Assembly (NCBI GenBank): GCA_030603185.1
Contig: JAUVYG010000003.1
Location: 1-50,204, forward strand
DNA from: Actinomycetota bacterium
GTDB lineage: Bacteria; Actinomycetota; JAUVYG01
DNA: 50,204 bases
Direction: 5' to 3'
Shown here: in pieces, positions 1 through 7,625 of the stretch
How positions within the stretch are numbered: the first letter of the stretch is position 1
Layout of the letters: every line of letters begins with the position of its first letter
Notes under the pieces: model-generated
Databases searched by the model: none
Seen by the model: the letters and a program-made list of their open reading frames with translations, nothing else
Told to the model about the DNA's origin: nothing
Translations under genes and position numbers: made by a program

Positions 1-39
1 AGTGGAGGCTTCGAAGGGGAGTTCTTCGAAGACTTCTAA
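1..39 (+). CDS. Possible 3' end of an upstream gene (partial, ...SGGFEGEFFEDF*)
   Basis: The frame is open from base 1 to TAA at 37-39, and this stop overlaps the stop of the convergent gene. Too short to identify. Confidence 0.35.
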   Translation, partial: SGGFEGEFFEDF

Positions 40-479
40 TACCAGCCCAATAGCAGCTTGGCGGCCCAAGCCGCAGCAAAGAGCAGGCCTATAGGCAAAA
101 GAGATTTTCGCAGCCAGTCGGGTTTTTCCGGCTGGCTGCTCTCGTTATCAACCACGATCGGGTCGGCTCTGAGCACCTTCACCGCTTTGCGTATCAAGAC
201 CGCATACAGGAAAAGCATCGATGCGTAACTCAGTGGTCCGAGCAGATGCGATCGAAACGCGTCGGTGAACCTGAAGTGTGCGGTATTGACGAAGCTGCGC
301 GTAAGTCCACTCGTGGGCCCCGGAATTCCGGTTAGAGAGACGAACGGAGACATCTGGGGCATGACTCCCACTCCGGGTAGCTCCATCTTGTACGGCCCCT
401 GTGGGGATAGAAACAAAGAGGCCGCGATCACAAAAGTAATCGCGGCTATCCAGATCAAATCGAAACGAATCACGAACAA
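36..479 (-). CDS. DUF2752-like small membrane protein (Cys-less variant)
   Basis: SPFVSLTGIPGPTSGLTRSF...AFRSHLLGP aligns by eye to the DUF2752 pattern CPF..LTG.PCPGCG.TRA...A...NP. About 3 hydrophobic segments. Start moved to TTG 479 because the 611 start overlaps the upstream gene; start is uncertain. Confidence 0.7.
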   Translation of the reverse strand: MFVIRFDLIWIAAITFVIAASLFLSPQGPYKMELPGVGVMPQMSPFVSLTGIPGPTSGLTRSFVNTAHFRFTDAFRSHLLGPLSYASMLFLYAVLIRKAVKVLRADPIVVDNESSQPEKPDWLRKSLLPIGLLFAAAWAAKLLLGWY

Positions 480-498
480 CTTGCTTGGGGGCCTTAGG

Positions 499-831
499 TC
501 AGGCGGCCTCAGTGCAGCTTGCGAGGTCTTGAACCCATTCTGCTCCGTCGAGGAGGAAGTGGAGGTCGAGAATGTCATCGTATGTGAAATCCGGGCCATC
601 ATGTACCTCAAGAATCTCGGGAGCGAACCTCTCGCACTCCGGGATTATACCCTGCGCCACCAGGAATCCAGCGAACTTCGGATCTGCCTCATCGCCCCTG
701 ACGCCTTCACAATGGGGGCAATGGTAAGTATAGTACCGCGCCCCTGAGCCGGTATTGTCGTGCAGATGCATCTCTGATATTGGTATGGCGATCTCGCCAC
801 ATTTCGGACATTCAGTTCTGATGATTATCAT
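499..831 (-). CDS. Conserved hypothetical Zn-ribbon protein (110 aa)
   Basis: Two CxxC pairs (CPKC, CPHC) and a C-terminal GPDFTYDDILDLH segment. SD AAGGAAGGGG precedes ATG 831. Confidence 0.8.
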   Translation of the reverse strand: MIIIRTECPKCGEIAIPISEMHLHDNTGSGARYYTYHCPHCEGVRGDEADPKFAGFLVAQGIIPECERFAPEILEVHDGPDFTYDDILDLHFLLDGAEWVQDLASCTEAA

Positions 832-863
832 TTCCGAGGCCCCCTTCCTTGAGCACCTTTTTG

Positions 864-891
864 TAATCGGCATTCCTTGCCGGTCTCTGTA
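864..891 (-). promoter_or_regulatory. Putative sigma28 (FliA/SigD/WhiG)-type promoter
   Basis: TACAG-N15-GCCGATTA versus the consensus TAAA-N15/16-GCCGATAA; same geometry as the flgM promoter. Confidence 0.6.
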
Positions 892-922
892 CTCTATTCA
901 TCGTCATGATGGGGGATTCGGT

Positions 923-1942
923 TTAGTCGAAAACCATGTTGAGGGACTTACCGCATCTACTACAGCCCCCATCAGCTATGCCTGTAACCTTGGTAGTGTA
1001 GCCTTTTCTAGCAACAGCAAGATTGTCGCATGAGGGACAGAAAGTATCCTCTCCATCCATGCCGGAAACATTTCCGACATATACAAAACTGAGGCCTGCC
1101 TCAAGCCCTATCTCTCTTGCACGGGCAATGGTGTCTAGCGGGGTAGGGGACAAGTGCGCCAGTTTTAGGTGTGGCTGAAAGCGGGTCACATGCCATGGAG
1201 TCTCGGTTCCCAGATTGTTTCGGATCCACTCTGCAATAGCTCGAAGCTCATCCTCACTATCGTTCATCCCCGGAATCACATTGGTGACGATCTCAACGTG
1301 CATATCCCATTTCTCTTTGGCTCGAATAGCCGCCCTGAATATCGGGGTCGGGTCCTTGATGTGGGCCAACTCCTTGTAGAGTTCAGGTCGAAACCCCTTG
1401 ATATCCACCCGGTATGCATCCAAATATGGCCCTATGAGATCAAGGCCGGCCTCGGTGATGTACCCATTGGTGACGAACGCTGTGTATAGACCAGCCTCTT
1501 TTGCTGACTTCGCAGAGTCGAGCGCGTACTCCATCCATATAGTCGGCTCATTGTAAGTCCAGGCAACACCGCGACATCCTGAGTCGGTGGCCATTCGCAC
1601 CAGGTCTTTGGGGGGAAGAAATCTCGCGCCGGGAAGGTCTTCCGGTTTTGACAAGGATATCTCCCAGTTCTGGCAGTGGATGCATCTCATGTTGCATCCC
1701 ACTGTTCCAAGAGAGAGCACTTTTGATCCGGGATAGAAATGAAACAACGGTTTCTTCTCAATAGGGTCCGCAGCAATGCTTGAGACCAGTCCGTAGATCA
1801 GGGTCTGAAGTCTACCCTCGCTGTTCTCTCGAACTCCGCAGATCCCCCTGCTACCCTTTTTGATGCGGCACAAGTAGGGGCACAGCTCACAGCTGACCGA
1901 TCCGTCAGGAGAGCTACTCCATAGAACTGCTTCCTGCATCAT
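923..1942 (-). CDS. amrS: AmmeMemoRadiSam system radical SAM enzyme
   Basis: N-terminal CELCPYLC...GICGVR, DPIEKKPLFHFYPG, radical SAM motif CNMRCIHC, TYNEP, and C-terminal CPSC/CSRC. Confidence 0.9.
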   Translation of the reverse strand: MMQEAVLWSSSPDGSVSCELCPYLCRIKKGSRGICGVRENSEGRLQTLIYGLVSSIAADPIEKKPLFHFYPGSKVLSLGTVGCNMRCIHCQNWEISLSKPEDLPGARFLPPKDLVRMATDSGCRGVAWTYNEPTIWMEYALDSAKSAKEAGLYTAFVTNGYITEAGLDLIGPYLDAYRVDIKGFRPELYKELAHIKDPTPIFRAAIRAKEKWDMHVEIVTNVIPGMNDSEDELRAIAEWIRNNLGTETPWHVTRFQPHLKLAHLSPTPLDTIARAREIGLEAGLSFVYVGNVSGMDGEDTFCPSCDNLAVARKGYTTKVTGIADGGCSRCGKSLNMVFD

Positions 1943-2933
1943 GGGACTGAGCTTCCCCGCTTTCGAAGTAGCGTCGCTCGAGACTGTCGACGATGGCCAC
2001 CGCCATTCGCTGACGTACTAGCTCATCGACTAGCATCTCGCCCTCTTCAGCCTCTGGAAGACTCAGGAACACTCCGGTGGCAGGAAGGCTCCCATTCCGA
2101 GGAGCTAACTTGGCGGACCTGCCATATATCGCCTTGATCGAGGACTGTATGTATCCGGCCAGAACGGATAGGTCCTTGTCGCCGTCGGGAAAATTGACCA
2201 TTATCTCGGTGGCTGGCGAATCTATCTCAAAACCTATTCCGAGGACGACTCCGGTGGGATCGGTCTCTGCGATCCCCTCAGGGCCAACCCCTTTCACATT
2301 GATATGAGCTCCCGCGACTTTGAGCAATGCCGCAATCTGTGCGGCCAATCGCTTCCTGCCACGGGTGAGGTTCTTGTCCGCTGCTTTCAGGTATCTGATA
2401 GAGACCGGACGCGATGATGGCCAGCCGGAGCGTTCTTGGGGCTGAGTGAGTGACCAAGACATGACCGTCCTGGGGTGTAGCTTCAAAATACTTTGTAGGT
2501 TCTCGAGCGACGACAAAGTGCCTTGGCCGACGATCCCATCCAGTGGAAGAATCAGGTTTCGCTGAAATTCCCTGACAGCCTTGTCGGTCCCGGGGCCAAA
2601 TATCCCGTCTATCGGTCCCACTCTGAAACCCAAGAAGGCCAGAAGTTGCTGAAGTTCAAGGATGTCGGCTCCACGGAGGAACGGCCAGCGAAGATAGAGT
2701 AGGCGCTCGCCAAGAGCATACGACCTTTCGACTATCGCCCACCAGGTACGCTGGTCTACCACACCCGTCTCGGGCAGTTTTGCATCTCGCTGAAAAATAT
2801 TGACCGCTTCTTTAGTGGCATTACCGTACCAGCCGTCTATCCCTCTCGCCCCCATCGAATAGCCGAGGTTGGAAAGGCGCATCTGTACATCGACCACCGC
2901 TGCGCCGGTGACTCCGTAACCTATTGGATCCAT
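1914..2933 (-). CDS. CwlM-like protein: two peptidoglycan-binding domains plus a degenerate Amidase_3-like domain
   Basis: Two PG_binding_1 repeats (IDGWYGNATKEAVNIFQR...TGVVDQRTW; IDGIFGPGTDKAVREFQR...DGIVGQGT) and the linker YALGERLLY. C-terminal RQRMAVAIVDSLERRY resembles the CwlM end. No SD; TAGAAT lies 8 nt upstream of the ATG (possibly leaderless). Confidence 0.75.
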   Translation of the reverse strand: MDPIGYGVTGAAVVDVQMRLSNLGYSMGARGIDGWYGNATKEAVNIFQRDAKLPETGVVDQRTWWAIVERSYALGERLLYLRWPFLRGADILELQQLLAFLGFRVGPIDGIFGPGTDKAVREFQRNLILPLDGIVGQGTLSSLENLQSILKLHPRTVMSWSLTQPQERSGWPSSRPVSIRYLKAADKNLTRGRKRLAAQIAALLKVAGAHINVKGVGPEGIAETDPTGVVLGIGFEIDSPATEIMVNFPDGDKDLSVLAGYIQSSIKAIYGRSAKLAPRNGSLPATGVFLSLPEAEEGEMLVDELVRQRMAVAIVDSLERRYFESGEAQSHDAGSSSME

Positions 2934-3000
2934 GGCAACATATTCTACCCGTCAAGCAGTAAGGTCTATCAGGACATGACAAGAACAACGAAAAACGATC

Positions 3001-3076
3001 TGGAGCGGGCAACGGGACTCGAACCCGCGAGCTTCGGCTTGGGAAGCCGACGTTCTACCAACTGAACTATACCCGC
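3001..3076 (-). tRNA. tRNA-Gly(CCC)
   Basis: Cloverleaf GCGGGTA...TGCCCGC-T-CCA; anticodon arm TCGGC-TTCCCAA-GCCGA; T-loop TTCGAGT; CCA encoded. Confidence 0.97.
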
Positions 3077-3089
3077 ACTTGAAACCCTG

Positions 3090-3118
3090 ATTATAATACT
3101 AGAGCGTGCAGCAATGAA
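3090..3118 (-). promoter_or_regulatory. Putative sigmaA promoter of tRNA-Gly
   Basis: TTCATT-N17-TATAAT ends 13 nt upstream of the tRNA 5' end. The -10 lies in the palindrome ATTATAAT. Confidence 0.55.
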
Positions 3119-3134
3119 ATCAAGGTAGGTCCCG

Positions 3135-3761
3135 TTGGACGACCACCAAAACAGTATTGGGAAGTTTCCCCTCAACAAAGAAGCCATGGCCAAAATATCC
3201 GAGGCCGTGGACAGGTTAGAGCATGACAGCGCTGGTCATGCGAGCCGACTGAGCGCGTATTCAGTCGCCACCGCCAAGGCCATAGGCCTCAGCGAATCAG
3301 ATATCGATGCTCTTAGATCGGCGGCGAAACTGCATGACGTGGGTAAAATAGCGATCCCTGACGACATACTTCATAAGACCGACCCCCTCACAACCGAGGA
3401 ATCTGCCATGATCCAAACCCATGCATCCCGAGGCGCACAGTACCTTGATTCCTTCGACATCCCGAACGACGCGAAGCGGGCAGTGAGGCATCACCACGAG
3501 CGATATGACGGATCAGGGTACCCCGAGGGCCTCAGCGACCGATCAATTCCAATCCTCGCTCGAATCCTAAGTATTGCGGACGCTTTCGACGCAATGACCA
3601 ACGATCAACCGTATCGCCAGGCAATGACCATAGGTGAGTCAGCTCAGCGGCTCATTCAGGGAGCCGGGGCGCAGTTCGACCCGGAAATCGTTCGCGTATT
3701 CGTGGCCCTATTGCGAGGCGAGCTGGAAGAGAGTGAGATCGATGCTAGTTACTCGACCTGA
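3135..3761 (+). CDS. Stand-alone HD-GYP domain protein (putative cyclic dinucleotide phosphodiesterase)
   Basis: GHASR, LHDVGK, HHHERYDGSGYPEGL, IADAFDAMT..PYR, QFDP. Start is TTG 3135 (SD-like AAGGTAGGT) or ATG 3186. Confidence 0.9.
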   Translation: MDDHQNSIGKFPLNKEAMAKISEAVDRLEHDSAGHASRLSAYSVATAKAIGLSESDIDALRSAAKLHDVGKIAIPDDILHKTDPLTTEESAMIQTHASRGAQYLDSFDIPNDAKRAVRHHHERYDGSGYPEGLSDRSIPILARILSIADAFDAMTNDQPYRQAMTIGESAQRLIQGAGAQFDPEIVRVFVALLRGELEESEIDASYST

Positions 3762-4012
3762 TCACTGAGCGCACGGTAGAGAAGCTTCTCAGCTACCTGA
3801 TCTGAGTCGATCGGGTAGCTGTCAGCATCTAGGCGCGCCCGTAATACATCTATCTCGTCCTGTCGGATGTCAGGGGTGTTCAAGACGACTAGCCTAGCCT
3901 GAGCGAAGATGGATGAATCCACCGCCCCTTGCACGTGCCCCCCGAAGGTACCGGTCTTGCCCACGTTACCGTCGTTGACTATCCGACGAATCTCGTCGGA
4001 GGAAATCTTCAT
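3749..4012 (-). CDS. flgM: Anti-sigma28 factor, FlgM family
   Basis: 87 aa with an MKI start. C-terminal PDIRQDEIDVLRARLDADSYPIDSDQVAEKLL matches the FlgM pattern R..kV..Lk..I..G.Y.vd...iA.kl. Confidence 0.8.
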   Translation of the reverse strand: MKISSDEIRRIVNDGNVGKTGTFGGHVQGAVDSSIFAQARLVVLNTPDIRQDEIDVLRARLDADSYPIDSDQVAEKLLYRALSDQVE

Positions 4013-4019
4013 GATTGTT

Positions 4020-4047
4020 TAATCGACGGGTGAAGAGGATTCCTTAA
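4020..4047 (-). promoter_or_regulatory. Putative sigma28-type promoter of flgM (leaderless)
   Basis: TTAAG-N15-GTCGATTA ends 7 nt before the ATG; no SD. Confidence 0.65.
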
Positions 4048-4056
4048 GGGCCGAAC

Positions 4057-4716
4057 TTACGTTCTGCGTCTCCTTTTAATGATTTTCTTTGATGATTTCT
4101 GACTGTATCTTCTATTCAACATCACAGCTCCACCGAGGAATACCAGCGTGACAGCGGCAAGTACCCCCTTAGAGGGCGAGACCGAGTACGATCGTTCTTC
4201 CCCGACTCGTAAAATCTCGATACTCGACACATGAATGTCCAACTCACCGCCATGTTCCGAACATGACCGCCGGAACACGCCAGTCGCCCTGACTATGTCC
4301 CCGTCGTTTCGATAGTCTCCATAGCGTGTGATCTTGCCTGCCTCACTTGCAGACAACCAAAGACCCATAGCATTGCGCCCATCACTCACATTGACCCACG
4401 CGTTATCGCCCCGCTCCAGAGCCTCCCCGATCGTCTCGCCCTCATAGACAAGAGTCCTTCCATCCAGCTCATCGCTTCGATCTAGGATTTCGGAACTGGA
4501 ATACAGCTCAACGTTCGTCACCGTCCGAGTGATCTCATCTTCATGTTCTGAGGCCTCGGCGATGTACGGAGTGAAGTAAAAAGCTACGATCGTGACGACT
4601 AGAATCAGCAAGATCACCGCAACAGCGTACCCTATCGCGTAGCCGATCCCCTTTAGCATCTCTTTGGTCTCTAGGTTCTCGCGGGTTAACTCCCACCACT
4701 TCTGCTTCTTACTCAT
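4057..4716 (-). CDS. Uncharacterised membrane protein with a probable OB-fold-like extracytoplasmic domain, coupled to trkH
   Basis: N- and C-terminal TM segments. The beta-rich middle has GDIVRATGVF and CSEHGGELDIH. ATGA overlap with the trkH stop. Confidence 0.75.
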   Translation of the reverse strand: MSKKQKWWELTRENLETKEMLKGIGYAIGYAVAVILLILVVTIVAFYFTPYIAEASEHEDEITRTVTNVELYSSSEILDRSDELDGRTLVYEGETIGEALERGDNAWVNVSDGRNAMGLWLSASEAGKITRYGDYRNDGDIVRATGVFRRSCSEHGGELDIHVSSIEILRVGEERSYSVSPSKGVLAAVTLVFLGGAVMLNRRYSQKSSKKIIKRRRRT

Positions 4717-6221
4717 CTACCCCTCCAAGCCGCGATCACAAGAGCGAAGAACGCCATGACAGTGAGGAACTCAAGGCGGCCGAACCACATCTGCACGATG
4801 TAGGTGAGCTTCAGCAAGGTCGGCATGTCAGCTGAGGTGACACCAATGGTGAGACCGTTGTTAGCCGCAGCGGATGTCGACTCGAAAAGAGCTTCGGTGA
4901 ACGGGATACCAAACAGCATACCCATTGCGGCGCCGCCGAAAAATGTAAGAAGGAACACAGTGAATATCAGCAAAGCGTTGCGAAGAACGGCATCGTTGAT
5001 CACCCGAGTCCCGAAGTGATGAAACTTCTGCTTCACTACGGCCGATTCAGGAAGGATCAACCGCTTGATCTCAAGCACAAACGCCTTGAACGCGATCGCC
5101 ACTCTTAGCAGCTTGATACCGCCGGCCGTCGAGGATGCGATACCTCCGATACCCATCGCGATCATCAAAGATAACAAGGCTAGAGGAGCCCATTGAGTGG
5201 CAAGTTCGGAGGGATAGATAGTCATGTATCCCGTGGTTGTATGCGCCGAGAGAACCTGGTAGAGACCTCGCCGAAATAGTTCGCCTAGCCCAAGATAAGT
5301 GCCAGCGGCGACCAATCCGGCCATTACGCCAGTGGATAACAGGGCCACGGAGATGACGAAGCCGACAGACTCAACATTCCTGGTGATCTCACGTCTTCGC
5401 TTGTGCCATAGGGCGTAATGTATTCCGAAGCTCAACGTTCCACCGAGCATCAATACCAGCGTCACCAGTTCGACCGGGAACGAGTGGTAGAACATTATCG
5501 ATTGCGATTGCGGAGCATGCCCAGCGGTGTCCCACGAGCCCATAAACACCCAGATGCTATGCATAATTCCCTTCACCGGCTCCATGCCTTGCCATAACAG
5601 CACGGCAAACAATACGGTGACTCCTATCACCATATAGGTAAAAGTCACAGTCCAGATGAACCGTGCGGTGCGGGCAACGTTCGGAAGAACCCTTTCCTCA
5701 CGGGCTTCACCCGAGTACACCTCGAACGCTCCGCCTGCACCACTGACCCTTATCAAAACTGAAAGTGCGAGAACAGCGATACCCTGACCACCGATGAAAG
5801 TCATCAGGTGTCTCCACATGTTCAGAGCATTGGGCGCGTGATCAATATCTTGCACCAGCACCAGACCTGTTGTGGTGAAGCCACTCATAGCGTCGAATGA
5901 GGCGTCCAATACCGACAGGTAGTGACCGGATAGATACAGGGGGATCGTGCTGAAGATCATTGCGAGGAGCCAGGCAATTGCCACGACGGCCAGTCCCTGC
6001 ATGGTTGTCAAATCCGAGGTCTGGGGGAACACCGTGGTCATCACCAGACCGAATCCGACGGTGACCGAGGCGCCGATGGCAAAATCCAGAACCGAGTTCC
6101 ACTCGCCGAAGATAATCCCTGTGATGAGGGGCACTAGCATCAGGATACCGACAGCGACTATCAAACGCCCGGCGTAGTGGGCTATGATCCGCCAGTCGTG
6201 TGTGGTGGGCTTAAGAAGCAA
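4713..6221 (-). CDS. trkH: TrkH-family K+ uptake membrane subunit
   Basis: 502-aa polytopic protein with four pore motifs (SGFTTTG, SWDTAG, SAHTTTG, SAAANNG), loop GGIASSTAGGIK and GRLE. Confidence 0.93.
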   Translation of the reverse strand: MLLKPTTHDWRIIAHYAGRLIVAVGILMLVPLITGIIFGEWNSVLDFAIGASVTVGFGLVMTTVFPQTSDLTTMQGLAVVAIAWLLAMIFSTIPLYLSGHYLSVLDASFDAMSGFTTTGLVLVQDIDHAPNALNMWRHLMTFIGGQGIAVLALSVLIRVSGAGGAFEVYSGEAREERVLPNVARTARFIWTVTFTYMVIGVTVLFAVLLWQGMEPVKGIMHSIWVFMGSWDTAGHAPQSQSIMFYHSFPVELVTLVLMLGGTLSFGIHYALWHKRRREITRNVESVGFVISVALLSTGVMAGLVAAGTYLGLGELFRRGLYQVLSAHTTTGYMTIYPSELATQWAPLALLSLMIAMGIGGIASSTAGGIKLLRVAIAFKAFVLEIKRLILPESAVVKQKFHHFGTRVINDAVLRNALLIFTVFLLTFFGGAAMGMLFGIPFTEALFESTSAAANNGLTIGVTSADMPTLLKLTYIVQMWFGRLEFLTVMAFFALVIAAWRGR

Positions 6222-6223
6222 AG

Positions 6224-6886
6224 TTAAGACCTACCGGTTAGCGCCGTCTGAAGCTCGGCCTCCTGCGCGACAGCGGTCAGGCAGATCACAAGATCCCCCT
6301 CCTGCATCTCTGTGTCTCCCTTGGGAACAATCGCTTCGTCCCCTCGAATGATCGTTACAATACTGCTCTTCTCTGGCAGATTGAGTTCGCTGATGGTCCG
6401 TCTAACGCAGGCAGCGCCGACGGGGATCAACATCTCAACCACCGCAAACTCACCCTGTCGAATAGTGCGAAGGGTGAGGATGTCGCCAACGGTGGCTTCC
6501 TCTTGGATGAGTTGGGCGATGACCGTAGTCGAGGAGATCCCCTCAATGCCAAGCTCATGAAAGATATGCTCATTTTTCGGATTATTGATTCGGGCGACGG
6601 TCCTTGGAACATCAAACGAAACCTTTGCAAGCTGGCATGCGACCAGATTATCATCATCGTCACCCGTCACCGCCGCAAAAACATCCGCACGAGCAATCCC
6701 CGCGTCTTCCAGGTAGCGAACGTCTGCACCATCACCGTGAATGACAAGAATGTCGTCAATCTGCTCGGTTAATTCTTCGCAAACAGTAAGTCTTTTCTCA
6801 ATCACAGCAACGGTCGCACGGGACGCCGCCAGGATCTCTGCCAGCTGGAAGCCTACTTTGCCTGCCCCATTTATCACAACGTACAT
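6224..6886 (-). CDS. trkA: TrkA/KtrA-family RCK regulatory subunit
   Basis: GAGKVG Rossmann motif, GDGAD, VTGDDDDN, and a TrkA_C domain. ATG 6886 overlaps the upstream TGA (TGATG). Confidence 0.92.
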   Translation of the reverse strand: MYVVINGAGKVGFQLAEILAASRATVAVIEKRLTVCEELTEQIDDILVIHGDGADVRYLEDAGIARADVFAAVTGDDDDNLVACQLAKVSFDVPRTVARINNPKNEHIFHELGIEGISSTTVIAQLIQEEATVGDILTLRTIRQGEFAVVEMLIPVGAACVRRTISELNLPEKSSIVTIIRGDEAIVPKGDTEMQEGDLVICLTAVAQEAELQTALTGRS

Positions 6887-7530
6887 CAGCCACGCCACTC
6901 TTCCATCAGATCATCCACCTGATCGCGTTTACAGATGATCAGGATGCCGTCGCCATCACTCAGAGGTGTCAATTCGTCAGCAATAAGCACCTCATCATGG
7001 CGACGAAGGCCGATAACCCGGGCCACTCCTTCCACGCTCAATTCTCCGGCTCTTTTACCGTTCACTTGTGGGCCGGCTGGAAGCTCGATCACCTGAGTGT
7101 CGTCACCCAAGGCGGCTTGTACAGATACGCCCGGCTGAGTGAGCCTCTCGTAGAATTTCTGTGCCACCAATGTAGTACCCAAAATGTAGTTAACACCGAG
7201 CTTCTGGTACGTGAGCTCTCTATCCGGGTGGTAGAGCCTCGAGATCACACGCGGAATCTCGAAGATGGTGGATGCCACCTCTGCGGCCATAAGGTTAGTG
7301 TTATCCAATTCTGTCACAGCCACATATGCGTCTGCAGTCTTGGCGCCGGCCTTTCGCAAAGTGCGCTCGTCGAAGGCAAGGCCGGACATTGTGATCCCAT
7401 TAAAAACGGCCCCAAGACGACGAAAAGCGTCCGGGTCTTTATCAATAACAACGACATCATGACCGTCGCTGGATAACATCACCGCCAACTGCGATCCAAC
7501 CCGTCCACAACCAGCCACTATCGCGTGCAT
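6886..7530 (-). CDS. trkA: TrkA/KtrA-family RCK regulatory subunit (second paralog)
   Basis: GCGRVG, VVVIDKD, VTELDNTN, and a TrkA_C domain. Confidence 0.92.
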   Translation of the reverse strand: MHAIVAGCGRVGSQLAVMLSSDGHDVVVIDKDPDAFRRLGAVFNGITMSGLAFDERTLRKAGAKTADAYVAVTELDNTNLMAAEVASTIFEIPRVISRLYHPDRELTYQKLGVNYILGTTLVAQKFYERLTQPGVSVQAALGDDTQVIELPAGPQVNGKRAGELSVEGVARVIGLRRHDEVLIADELTPLSDGDGILIICKRDQVDDLMEEWRG

Positions 7531-7625
7531 TCTCTGCTCATCCTCTTCCAGGAAATAATCATATGATTACCTGGGAATTTTTGACTCTCATTAATATTGC
7601 TCCAATGTTAGTCCTGGAGCATTCC

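Noticed and set aside
265-747. 160-aa + strand ORF
   Set aside because: Antisense to two better-supported genes; no recognisable motif.
2934-3076. tRNA-Gly as an integration site for an island
   Set aside because: No integrase, no duplicated tRNA 3' end and no obvious compositional shift nearby.
3120-3145. TCAAG-N13-GACGACCA as a third sigma28 promoter for the HD-GYP gene
   Set aside because: Spacing is 2 nt short and the -10 has three mismatches.
5515-5545. Unusual second TrkH pore motif SWDTAGH
   Set aside because: The filter glycine is retained in all four repeats; the variation is not interpretable without an alignment.
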